From Adineta vaga (Eukaryota > Animalia > Rotifera): a stretch of 64,000 nucleotides of DNA. Of the stretch, positions 1 through 13,200 are shown piece after piece. The DNA is taken from assembly GCA_021613535.1 (NCBI GenBank), contig CP075493.1, forward strand, positions 1 through 64,000. The letters run 5' to 3'. The position numbers and the translations under genes are program-made. Below the pieces are notes generated by a model that saw only the letters and a list, made by a program, of their open reading frames with translations, had not been told where the DNA came from and made no database searches. Position 1 is the stretch's first letter; each line of letters starts with the position of its first letter.

Positions 1-1274
1 TGATAATCTATTATTTTCCAATGTTGGATTATAAACAAATGTTAACATGAAATCAAATTTAGCCATTTCATATGATTGTTCTAATGATACTTCTTCTAAT
101 TTTGTATTATTCATCGATAAGTAAGTTTCACTTTCGGACAAAGTGATAAAATCGAACATTGTTTCCAAAAAGCTAAGATTAGATTGATTGAGATGAAAGT
201 CACTGAGAATATGTTGAAGTGGATAATGAGAATGTTCAAGTATTGATAAACACATCTCTCTTACAGAGTGAACAACTTCATCAAATGACCAATCTCCATT
301 GAGCTGAACACGATATGGTAATGTTGCCACAAACATTCCTATCATATTATACAATTCAGATCGATATCGATTGGCATTTATAGTACCAACACACAAATCA
401 GTTTGATTATGAGATAATTTGAATAGAAATACATAAAATATCGATAGTCCAAGTTGAAACAGTGAAAGATGATGTGATGATGCATAATTTAGAAATGATG
501 TACATATAGCATCATCTAATGTTATTTGAGTTCTAGAAGCGAAGCCAGATCGTTGGTGAATTGATGAACGTGATCGATCATATGGTAATGATAATGAATG
601 TTGAAGATCACACCCTTGAAGCTGAGAATACCAAAATTCATGAGATAATGTCATATCCATGACATGTTCATGAATAGAATAATCAACATATTGAAATGAG
701 TTGTTTTCGACAAAAAGTGAATCATTATCTTGATAAGCAAGAGAAAGATCACGAATAAAGATTGATGTTGATGCGCCATCGAAGAAAGCATGATGAATAG
801 TAAATAATATAAAATCATCTGTAGTCAACATATCATCTTCTTCCTTTGAACTGTGCGTATGAGAGCGAAGAATATGACAATTAATGACATGTCCTTTTGA
901 TAAATCAAATAAATCACATTTATTTAAGATTTCTCTGACAGTTTTATTCTTATCATGGTTTTCTTTGGAAACATTCGTCACTATTGAAAAACCAAATGTT
1001 TCGATATTATTGCTTAGAGTATTCATATCTCGACAGTCTTGTACAATAACACCATTTCGATCAAAATAAAGTGCTGTTCGAAGAATCTGATGTTTTCTAA
1101 TGATACATTGATATGCATGATATAATCGTGAAATTGAAATATGATGGTCATTTATCGATGATAGACGATATATTAATGGAATAACATACATATTTGTACT
1201 GTTATCTGTCGAAGAAGAAGAAAATCGAATATTTTCATCTAAGAAAATGCGTTCTTGAGCAAAGGATGCTTTAG
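1..1274 (-). CDS. NRPS exon 10: condensation domain with canonical HHAFFDG, truncated by the window edge
   Basis: Manual translation AKASFAQERIFLDE...IHHAFFDGAS...NMIGMFVATLPYR...MAKFDF. Open to position 1, so it is absent from the ORF track. Confidence 0.9.
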
Positions 1275-4200
1275 CTGAAATGAAAAAAGTAGAATGTGAT
1301 TATGCGAATGTTTTTCAAATTATACTTGTTACCTGTAAGGATATTTAATGAATGCCAAGAATGATCATCTTTACTCAATTCGGTATTGAGAATCTGATGA
1401 ATAAGTTGTGCATGATCAGTGATGGTTGGATGTTGAAATAGGTCAGTGATAGAAATGGAATTTATTTCTAACCGAAATTCTACTTTATAGTGATGCAGAA
1501 GTTGCATAATAATTAATGAATGACCACCAATAGAGAATATGTTTGTATTAGTAGATATTTGATTTCGTTTCAATATATCACACCATATACGATGAATAAT
1601 AGATTCAATTTCATTTGTTGGTTCTAAGAATTCGATAGTATTGTTGAGTTTAGTTGAAGAGAGAGAAATAGAATCAGGTGATGGGAGAGATTTTCGATCA
1701 ATTTTTCCATTTTGATTTAGAGGTAATTTATCAAGAATAATAAAATGGGATGGAATCATATGTGGTGGAAGATGGGATTGACAATATTCACGTAATTCTT
1801 TTTCACTAACGACTGAACTTTGAACATAAGCGACTAAATGATCTTCACCCCATTTCACCACAACACAAGTAGATACCGATGTGATACTAAGTAAGCATCG
1901 TTCAATTTCACCAAGTTCAATTCTTTGTCCGTGTAATTTGACCTGAAAGTCTTTTCTTCCTTCATATCGAACAAGGTTATTCTGATCTATCTTGACAAGA
2001 TCACCAGTTCGATAAAATAAAATATCATCGACATAAATTATTGCTTTCGATGTTAAATCGTCACGTCCAAGATAACCAGCAAAGACGCCTACTCCTCCAA
2101 CAAGTAGCTCTCCTTCTTGATTTATTAATACACTTTGCAGGTATTGATCCAGAACTAAATTTCGATAGTTTGGAATTGGTCGACCTATAGGAATATTTTC
2201 ATTATCTATATGGTGTTCCAGTAGGTAAGTAGTGGCATCAATGGTTGCCTCCGCGGGGCCATATAAATTCCATATGTTGCACTTTGATATGCCGATATTT
2301 ACAATGGAACGCGTTAGTTTGCCATTGAATGGTTCTCCTGTTTAAATATAAAGTTAAGTCGGATAAGATATGCGAAAAGACAAGTATAGCAGAACAGTTA
2401 GCGATACGTCTGTAAATTTCTCTAACAGAATTACAGACTGTTTATAAATGGAAGTGACGTATATACTGTCGTATTGTCAAATTATGCGATCCGGTGAGTA
2501 TTTATCGATTCATTCTGAGTCGTACACCCAATTTTATTGTGACACCAGAGAAAAAATATTTACGATCAAAATATCGAATGAAAGAATTTGGACTGAAAAA
2601 TTCCGGCAATGAAACTATCAAAATGATCATGAAATCGAGAATATAATTATCGAAAACGGGAAGATCGAAAATTGGACGGTGTGGAGAAGTCGAATATGTA
2701 TTCTAGATTTGTCGAAAGTCAAAACTTCTACAGTGTACTAGTTTATAACTTTCGTATTAATCTTGCAGATGGATGTCGGGGATTGTGGAGACAGCTGAAC
2801 TGACTTCATCAACACTTCACAGTCTCTCCCAACACTCCCATTTCGCTCTTAACCTCGAAAATTCATGAGTTTTTCCTTTTTAAGTTGAAAATGAAATATT
2901 TCAAAGTAGTCTCTTGCACTTTACCAATGTTTCTTCCATTTCGACATTCAAGTTCTTAGACACTGTATGTTCCCATTATTAGCTATTCGACATTTTTTCT
3001 TTGCGACATTTTAACTTTCCACCCGAATCCTGATTAACCGTTTAACCGTTTACTATAACAATACGGCTACAGCTGTGACCAAATACTGACTCTACCGCTT
3101 TTCCTAATTACTTATTCACTAACTAACTCACCGCTGCTGCAAAGTGACCGAAGATATTTTACAAAATGGCCCGCGTTACATTTGTTGATGAAAGTGAAGA
3201 AGTGAAACAGCAAACTTGGAACAGTGTGCATGTATGTTATTTGTTTGTTGTATAGCACTTCGGACAAATAGTCAAAATCAATAGTTCCTCGTGGATGCAC
3301 CATAATTAATGTGGCACCCTTTGATAAAATACCAAGTATCTCTTGAACATGAATATCGAATGAACATCGTGCCATTTGTATAGCTGTATCACCTTCGTTG
3401 AATGAATTTATGAACGTCAAAGAATGCATACATTCATTGAAATTTCCATGACGAATTTGAGCCTATAGAGGAAAAGAGAAAGATTAATTCAACAACAAGA
3501 CACAAGCAACAACGAACCGCTTTTGGTACTCCAGTTGAACCACTAGTGAAAATAATGTATGCAATATTCTCTGGTGTTACTATCACGTTCGACAATTGAT
3601 CAAAGCCAGTATTATTTTGAATGTCATTATTAGTTAATATTAAATCAACATTCACTACGATATTTTCGTCATGTATCTTGTTCTTTGTTAACCAATGAGC
3701 AAGAACAAGATGACTATTAGTTTGCTCAACAAGTGTATGTAGACGATGTGGTGGATCTCGAGGTGATAATGGACAATATGCACCACCTACCATTTCAATT
3801 GCCATTATACCAATAACCTAAAATAAACAACAATTCGTCATTAATACCAAGAGACATTCTTCTCATTCATCTACTTACCATTGATATACTTCTCTCCACA
3901 CATTGACAAACAATATCACCAACTTTTACATCATATTTGTTCAGTAAAGTCAAAGATAATACTTGAACATAATATAACAGCTCACAATTTGTCAACGATT
4001 GTTCATCTAATTCTACAGCTAACTTTTGTGAATATATCATTGCTTTAGAAACAAACTCATGATGAATACATTTGACAGCAGGAGATGATATTTGTGTATT
4101 ATTCATTGATTGTACAAGTAATTGTTCATTGGGTAATATTAATGAGAATTCATAGAGTGGTTTCTTCGCTTGACTATGAATAGATGTTGACAACTGACAC

Positions 4201-7200
4201 AACATTGAATGAAATTGGTGTGAAATCTTATTCACAGTTTCTACATGAAACAGATCACGTGACGCATCAATTGTACATGAAAGTTGATTAAGATCCAAAG
4301 TATGATGAAAAGTGAGAATAAAATCAAATTTACTCATGATTTCATCTTCACTAATCTGAATCCAAAATGGTGCTGAACTTAATTCACTATCACCAAGCAT
4401 TATTTTATCTTGATCGTCATTTGTCATCGATGTTGTAAACTCGAATGATGTATGAAGAAATGCCGGATTTGATAGGTGAGGATGTTGTGCAAGAATACGT
4501 TGAAGTGGAAAATATGAATATTTCATACTATTTGTAATCAAGACTTGCATTTGTCGAGTGAATTGATGGAAAGATGAATGAGGATCAAGCTGACATCGAA
4601 GAGGAATAGCATTGACAAACATTCCAATTATTGATCTAAATTCATCTCGATAACGTCCATCTGTATTCATTCCAATGCATAGATCTTGTTCTCCATTGGT
4701 TAATTTGAATAAGAAGATGAAATAAGTCATGAGTGACATATATTCAAGTGATATGTTATTTGTCGATGCATATGTGAGAAAGTATTGTGAAAGATCTTGT
4801 CCAAAGTCAAACGAAATAGATGTTCCACGACCAGTTCGATGTTCACTTGCAAGACGATATCGATCATAGGGTAATGATAGAGGTTGATCGAGTGGACAAT
4901 CATAAAGAGTATTAGACCAATACATTTCTGCACCAGTCATTGACATTTGTTGTTCAATGACAGCATCTAAACAAGATAGATGATCAATGTTTTTTGAAAA
5001 GAGAAGAAACGAGAGAAAAATGTATATTTACAATCGATATAGCGTAGAGTACTGTTGTCTTGATCAATAGATAGATGACTTGTTGTATAGGCTTGATTGA
5101 GATCATGAAGAAAGATATTCATTGATCGAAAATCAAATAAAGCATGATGAAAATTAAAGATAAGTAGATCTTTATGAGAAAGAAGATCATTCGATGAGAT
5201 GATCTCCTTGTAATGTATAAGATGACATCGAAAAACAAGACCTTGAGCCAGATCAAAATATTGAGTATTTTTTCGTTCATCCTGCATTATATTGTTAAGT
5301 TGTTCATCTGTTTCATAGCTACTTTGAGTAAATGAGAACATTGTTTTGTTGTTGCGATGCTTTTGAGATGTAATTCGTTGGATGAGTTGATTGTTTTGTG
5401 TATCGAAGATGAGTGATGTATGAAGTGATGGATGTTTGTTAACAACAAGTCGAAGTGCATGATGAAGTTGTTTTATTGATAAAGTATGTTGTGCATGAAG
5501 ACGATAAACAAATGGTAGATTACTAATGAGTACTGCTTGTTGTTTGTTGAGGTCGATAGATCGTTTGTGATCAAGATAAAGACATGTTTGTGCAGATGAT
5601 GCTGGTCCTATGACATTTAGAAAGTAGTTTATTATCATGATTTGCAGAATAACAGTCAGTTGCTCTCTCATTATATGCTACTTACAGTACTTCTCCCTAA
5701 TAACGACACTAAAATGAAACTTTATTTTTGTTTTTATTCGCGTTCATCTATTTTACGACCGATTTCAAACAACTTTATATTTGGGGAATCTTTGGATGAC
5801 GCTCTTTCGAATGATATATTTCCGATCCATTTTCTCATATGTTTTCATGGAGATATCACCGGTCTACGATTGTGATGTCTTGGTGTCGTTATAACGTTCT
5901 ACTTCCGTAATAGAGACACTCAGCTATTTTTTTACCCTAATAACGACACATCCTTAATAAAAGTTGATAGATTCTTCAGCAACTATAACGAGGAGCAACA
6001 TGGTGATGAAAATCGGCTTATTGTCGTTATTAGGGTCCAAAAACTCTTCGAGAATCTCTAGAACGAAAAATAGCTAGAATTGCTACAACGGCCAAATCAG
6101 CTGACTGTCGTTATTAGGGAGAAAAAATAGTTCGGTGTCGTTATTAGGGTCACCTATTTTTTCCATTGATCCGAGATGATTTTTGTTGATATTAGGATTC
6201 TCATATGGCATGAGTCAATCGACCTGAACCGTTAGATATAGGTAGAACTTGAGACGCTCTTCAAAGTTGACTAAGGAATCTACCCTAAATTTCAGAGTAA
6301 AAATCGTCCAAAACACTTTTTTCTGAGAAGAATTCGCTTTTAGCATAAATTTTGCTTGATTGTCGTTATTACGGAAGTAGAACGTAATAACGACACCAAG
6401 ACATCACAATCGTAGACCGGTGATATCTCCATGAAAACATATGAGAAAATGGATCGGAAATATATCATTCGAAAGAGCGTCATCCAAAGATTCCCCAAAT
6501 ATAAAGTTGTTTGAAATCGGCCGTAAAATAGATGAACGCGAATAAAAACAAAATAAAGTTTCATTTTAGTGTCGTTATTAGGGAGAAGTACTGTAGTTCA
6601 TTTGATCAATGTACTAACTGCAGACGCATGTTAATTGTTTTCAATTTGACCAAACTCGATAAAACATTAGGGCTTTCTGTATGAGACTGTTAAAATTACT
6701 CAGAGGTTTGTAAAAATACAAACGATATCTGTGGAATATTGTCAGCAGCTAATATAGTTATGCTTCATGAGTATAAAATCACTCTGTAGAATCAAGGATT
6801 TCAACTTTGTTCATCACAGTTTATGTCGAACGGTTCACAGGAATACAATGATCATCATTGGAAGAAAGCAAAGAAAATTCTTTAGATTCTGCGCGAGGCA
6901 AGGAGCTTCAAAACGGGAAAATCGAAGTAAACATACTATCTTGAACTGTGTTTCTTAATGAATGCACGATGGAAGACAAAAAAAGACAATTTTCGTCTTT
7001 TGGTTTGTTTCTTTGCTAATTATTTGCGTTGAGTATACTGAGTGATGAGAGAAGGAAGAGCGGGCTGTATAGGCAATGCGTGTTGGGGCTCTAGAGTTTA
7101 TTGACAGGTTACTGACAGATCATTCGAGAAAGTGAGACGAGTTCGTTTTGACACTGACGTATCTCCAAGCAAAAATTTTTATAGTTAACGTCCTTTTAAC

Positions 7201-10200
7201 GTAGAGATATTGAGGCTGCGTAGTGTGCTCTGGGTATATTTGTATTTATTCAGTATCGGACTGGAATATAAATGTTTCAGATCTATTAGAAGCTCATTAT
7301 ATTTTCATTAGAAAGAACATTCAACTCCGCATCAACCCATACAAAAGCTGTTTTTTCTGAACGCACTACAATCAGAGATTGGACGAGTACAAATACAGCA
7401 AGTAAAAGTACAAATACTTTTTACTTAGGTTGTGTACTTAGTACAGGTACTAAGTACCATGTTGTACTAAGTACATGTACTAATGAGAGAAGATCTTCAA
7501 CAGTTCAATCGCTTTTGAGTTGATTTTTCGGCTATAGGTTGAGAGGTGGGTATCACGAGTCCAGAATAATTTTAGAAAGATTTGAGCCGCTAGGCCTTTG
7601 GGATCGAGTTATGAGGTTTTTAGTGCATTTTTGACTATTTATTCAATATTGATGGAAAAGTCAAATAACGGAGTTTTGATCTGAAATTTTGTCCTTAGAT
7701 GGGTCTATTCATCATCAAAATATTATGAAATTTTCAGCTGAAAAAATGTTCCTTGGTCGAGGTACTGGGTTACTAAAACATAATCATTTATCGCCGATTA
7801 AACGCAAAATTCAAGTTTACTTGAAAATCCAATATCTCGACCAAGGAACATTTTTCAGCTGAAAATTTCAGATCAAAACTCCGTTATTTGACTTTTCCAT
7901 CAATATTGAATAAATAGTCAAAAATGCACTAAAAACCTCATAACTCGATCCCAAAGGCCTAGCGGCTCAAATCTTTCTAAAATTATTCTGGACTCGTGAT
8001 ACCCACCTCTCAACCTATAGCCGAAAAATCAACTCAAAAGCGATTGAACTGTTGAAGATCTTCTCTCATTAGTACATGTACTTAGTACAACATGGTACTT
8101 AGTACCTGTACTAAGTACACAACCTAAGTAAAAAGTATATGTACTTGTAATGCATAAATGTACTATTTACTGAGGTTTTTTAAGTACAAAGTACGAAAAG
8201 TACCAAGTTCTGTACTACGTATCCAATCACTGACTACAATAGGGTTATCAGAGGATACGAAGTTTATAGAGCAAGACTACTCTTCATGATATCTAACACC
8301 GATTAGATCTTTTTTCGATCATTTGTCCGTGCGAATCATTCGAATTTACTAGATTGATTCATCTGTTTTTGCTCATTTTCTTTAGCTACGTGTATTCCTA
8401 TAAGACTGCAGTAAAGTTTTATTTTTATGTGGTTGGATAGTGCATTGACTATTCTGTCGAACTATATAGTTTTAATTTGATTGGCTTCTTATTTTGGTCA
8501 AAAAATTCATAAATTTCTGAAATTATTGAGAAATTATTTTTGTAAGCTGATATTTGATTTAAAGTAAAACCGACTGTTTCGAAAATAGTATTAAAGTAAA
8601 GATATTGCTGAAACTGAAAGTTAGGGAAACTATCTTCTAAAACGGTCCTGAATTTGAATAGAAAATCAAATTTTACTGTTGAAGTTTTCAACATTTTTGA
8701 ATCATCATGTATTTTGGTCCTTTATAATCAATACAAAAGAAAAACTGAATCAATGTATATATTTCTCGAATTTGAGCGAGAATATGCATTTTTCCTCGGA
8801 AACCTAACTCTGCTTCGCCTCGTAGATAGCTCCAAAAATGAAACATTCAAAATCTGATTTTGCTGATTACTTAGTTGGTATATTGAATGCATATTTCATT
8901 TTGAAGGTCAAAAGTTTGCTTTTGTTCCAGCGAAAGTGATATTTTCAATGGGTTTCATTGATGGACACATCCTCTAAGAGAAGCAGAGTGAAATTTAGTG
9001 GAAAAATAAAAGTTCTTGGTAGGGCCCAGTGGAAGTGCGATTTTTGTTCCGATCCGATCATGTTTCGGCGGAAGGAACCCGCCCGGACCTCGATCCGCTT
9101 TCTAAAAGGGAAACCCTTTCTAACTCCGTCTACTACCATTTTTTCTAAATTTTCAGGCAACGATTTTCCAGCACATGTATCGCATTAAACAGTATTCGAT
9201 ACAATTCCGCTAGTGTTATGATTTGTCAGTGGAAAGCTCATATCAAAACTTGTATACTAAAGTTCGAATTTGATTCAGTTAGATGCCATATCAGATTAAT
9301 CTGGGAAATATGAGAGGATGGGTGTGGGTGGGGGTAGATGTGAGTGTGAGTGAGGGCGTGAGTGTGAGTGAGGGCGTAAGTGTGAGTGTGATTGTGGGCG
9401 ATTTCTCAATGTAAGGCACACCACACCCACACCCACCCACGCTTACACCAAGCGAATACTACCAAAATCAACATGTATGTACATACCTTCATTAACAACG
9501 TCTGATTGTCGAGAAAATACAATATTTTTCATTTCTTCGGTTTCATTTGGTAGAATAAGATCGATTTTCGCAATAGGTGTCAGGCATGTATCAATCTGGC
9601 TAGTAATCGAATTTGATGAAAAAAGATGCTGAACAAGATATTGTAGTCGACGAGCCATCGTCTCAACTGTTGTCTCATCAAATCGATCGCGTGAGCAGAC
9701 AAAACGACATGACAATGGAGCATCATCTGATGTTGAATTGTAAATGAATGTTAGCTTAAAATCAAACTTAGCCATTTCACGAGATTGTTTCATTGTTACT
9801 TGTCCCAAATGTACACCATTGAAAGCCAAATGATCGATGTCTGAAGATACAGTTATAAAATCAAACATTATATCAAGAAATGAAGCATTCGATTGATTGA
9901 CATGAAAGTCAGCGAGAATATGCTGTAATGGATAATGAGAGTGCTCAAGAATTGATAAACGGTTTTCTTGAACATGTTTAACAAGTTCATCAAATGAACA
10001 ATGTGGATTAAGCTGGAGACGATACGGCAACGTGGAAACAAACATTCCAATCATATTCTGCAACTCACTTCGATATCGATTAGCATCGAGACACGAAATA
10101 CATAAATCAGTTCGACCATAAGTCAATTGGAATAGAAATGTGTAAAATATAGCTAATCCTGAAAGGAATGGTGTAACTTGATGTGACGATGCGTAATCGA

Positions 10201-13200
10201 GAAATAATCTTGAAATCTCTTTCTCCAATGAGATTTCAGCAATAGAAGCTAAACCTGATCGTCGCTCAGTAGATAAACGATGTCGATCAACTGGCAATAG
10301 TAATGACCGTTTGAGATTATATCCTTTCAGCTGCGAGTGCCAAAACTTACGAGATGATGTCATATCTATTAGACGTTCATGAACAGCATAATCAATATAA
10401 TCCAATGACGCTTCAACTGTCGACATTAGTGTATTATTGTTATAAGCAACGCATAGTTCTTTACAAAAGATTTCAGCAGATAACCAATCACATGCTGAAT
10501 GATGAAAAGCGATTATGAGAATATCTGATTTGACGATTAACTGACTATCTCGATTTTGACTGCCTAACTTTTGTTGTCGTAATACTTCACAATGGAAAAC
10601 ACGACCACTCGACAAATCAAACAAACTAGGATTGACTGCCATTTCATTAATAATATCGAAAAGTTCAGAGTCATTTTTATAATTTCGGTGGTCAACCAAT
10701 AGCGATCTTTGATGATTGTTAGTAATGTGTTGTTTTAAAGTATTGCCATTGTAGTCATAAATCAACGATGTTCGTAATATCTTGTGTTTACTTAAAAGAG
10801 ATTGAAGCGCACGTGACAGACGATCAACTGATAATGAACCTTGAACAATTCGTAGAGCACTTAGTTCATTATAGATACCGACTTTCCTTGAAAAGCGAAC
10901 TTCTTCATCAACAAAGATGCGCTCTTGACCGAATGACGCAGTGCCTAAACGTTTCACAAAACAAAATTTCATCATCGAAGAGAAATCTATTCCAAAATAG
11001 CTCACCTTCACTCAAATATAATTTTCTCCATTGTTTCTTTTCTTTGTTATATACAACAACTGTCTGAAGCAGTTTCGCGTGTTCAGCCACAGTATTGTAT
11101 TGAAAAAATGAGCGCATTGATAAAACTTCATTGTCAAAATTAAAAAGCGCTTGATATTCTCGATATAAATAAATGAGTAAAAGAGAATTACCCCCCGCAC
11201 TAAAGAAGCTAGTAGCAGCTGATATGCGAGGAAATAGTTCTGTATCTAATTGCCACAATTCCGAAGAGCAAATACCAGTCGAAGATATTTCATTGCAAGC
11301 GATCCCCGTCGCCTGCTTCGATCCGTCTGACTTCGACTGAATATAATACGCACCAGGTCGGTTTGTATTCAACAAACCACGCCAAATGTCCGCAATTGTC
11401 TTTTCTAGTTCAGTAGTTGGTGCTATATATGTATCTTCTTTCTGAAGATCGAATGTCGATATTTCTGGTAAAGATTTCCGATCGATTTTCCCATTTGGAC
11501 TCAATGGAAATGTTGAAAGAGTCATAAAATATGATGGTATCATATAACTTGGGAGATTTTCTCTTAAGTATGTCCTGAGTGTGTCAATATAATCTGGTGT
11601 CGATTTCACAGTCGAAATAGCTCGTTCATATTTTTGTTCATCACGAATCTTTCCCATGAACATTATATGCAATAACATGTTCCCTTTGTTCGATCCACAA
11701 TAAGTGAGTATGTTATCTAATGTCTTATTAATTTTCACTGGTAAATTTGTACGAGTACCAATTGGACACATACCAATATTCATTTCTAAACCACCATCCA
11801 TTAATAAATGCGATGTCATACCAGCTTGTAATCCGTGCTCAGATTGTCCAATATAGAAGATTGCGCATTGACAATCATTGAAAATAATTTTAGTATCGTC
11901 ATGATCACCCAAAAATAGTGGAACATCTTCTTTTATTACATCTAATTCTATATCGAAAGAGATAAGAGTACTATCTTTTTTGTCATAGATAAACCATTGA
12001 TCTTTGTTATAGTCAACAGATTTCAGATAAACAATATATTGAAGATAGTCACTATCATTAGCAATGTCTTGTTGAACAGATGAAATTGTAAAACAATGAT
12101 GAGTATCGTTCTCATCTAAGTTGATAATATGTCCATCTATCTCTTCATTATGCATAAATCTTGAAAATATGAATCCCAATTTAGATGCTTCTTGTTGAAG
12201 TAATCCCATCATATATCCTGTTTCAATTATACAAAATTGACAACCTAATGTTTTCCCATATAGAGGTGCAATGGCTGATGATCGTCCAACAAGATGTAAT
12301 CTTATACCAAGATTCTCATCATGAACACAATTATCGATTAATTCGAGAGTATGTGTGTCCGGATTATGATAATAGATACCAGGAGAAATATCATCTATTG
12401 ATGTATGAAGCTCAATATATACTTGAACAGGATAAAGACTTCCTGCTGATGCATAGCGATATTTTGGCAAGGGATGATTGTAAATATTAATTGGTGTCAA
12501 TATCGATAATAACTGACTAAGATTATCGAAATTGAAGCTTTGCAGAAATCTTTGGTTGACATTTTTCTTGGTCAGACAACATTTGTTCAACAAATGTTCA
12601 ATAGTAGACTTTTCAATGATTTCATTTGTAAACTGTCGATAACTTTTTCTTGCATAATATGTATTAATGAATGTTTCTGTTAGTTTTGGTTTCGTGAGTG
12701 CATAGCTCTTTTTGACTTCATAGTCGTGTTGTATTCCATGTCTAGCAAGTTTAAAATTAGTACGTTCAATAGGATCCGTAATTGAAATTTCTGCTTCATT
12801 ATAATCATCATTAATGACAGAATGTTTTTCTGGCATAATATATCCAATCAAGTATTGTGATGACTTATCAACAGTAACAATTGCTTGATGAATGTCAGAA
12901 TGTTGTTGTAGATGGTATTCGATTTCACCAAGTTCAATACGATGACCATGAATTTTGACTTGAAAATCTTTTCGTCCGATGAACTCAATGTATCCATCTG
13001 GATGAAATCGACCATAATCACCTGTTCGATAAAGACGCTGACCATTCTGTGGATGAATAATAAAACTTGATCGTGTTTTCTCTTCGTCGTTCCAGTAACC
13101 ATCAGCAACACCTATGCCACCAATGTATAGCTCACCATCAACCCATTCAGGACAATCATCAAGATTTGTATCATAAACATAATATTGTTGATTTCTTAAG

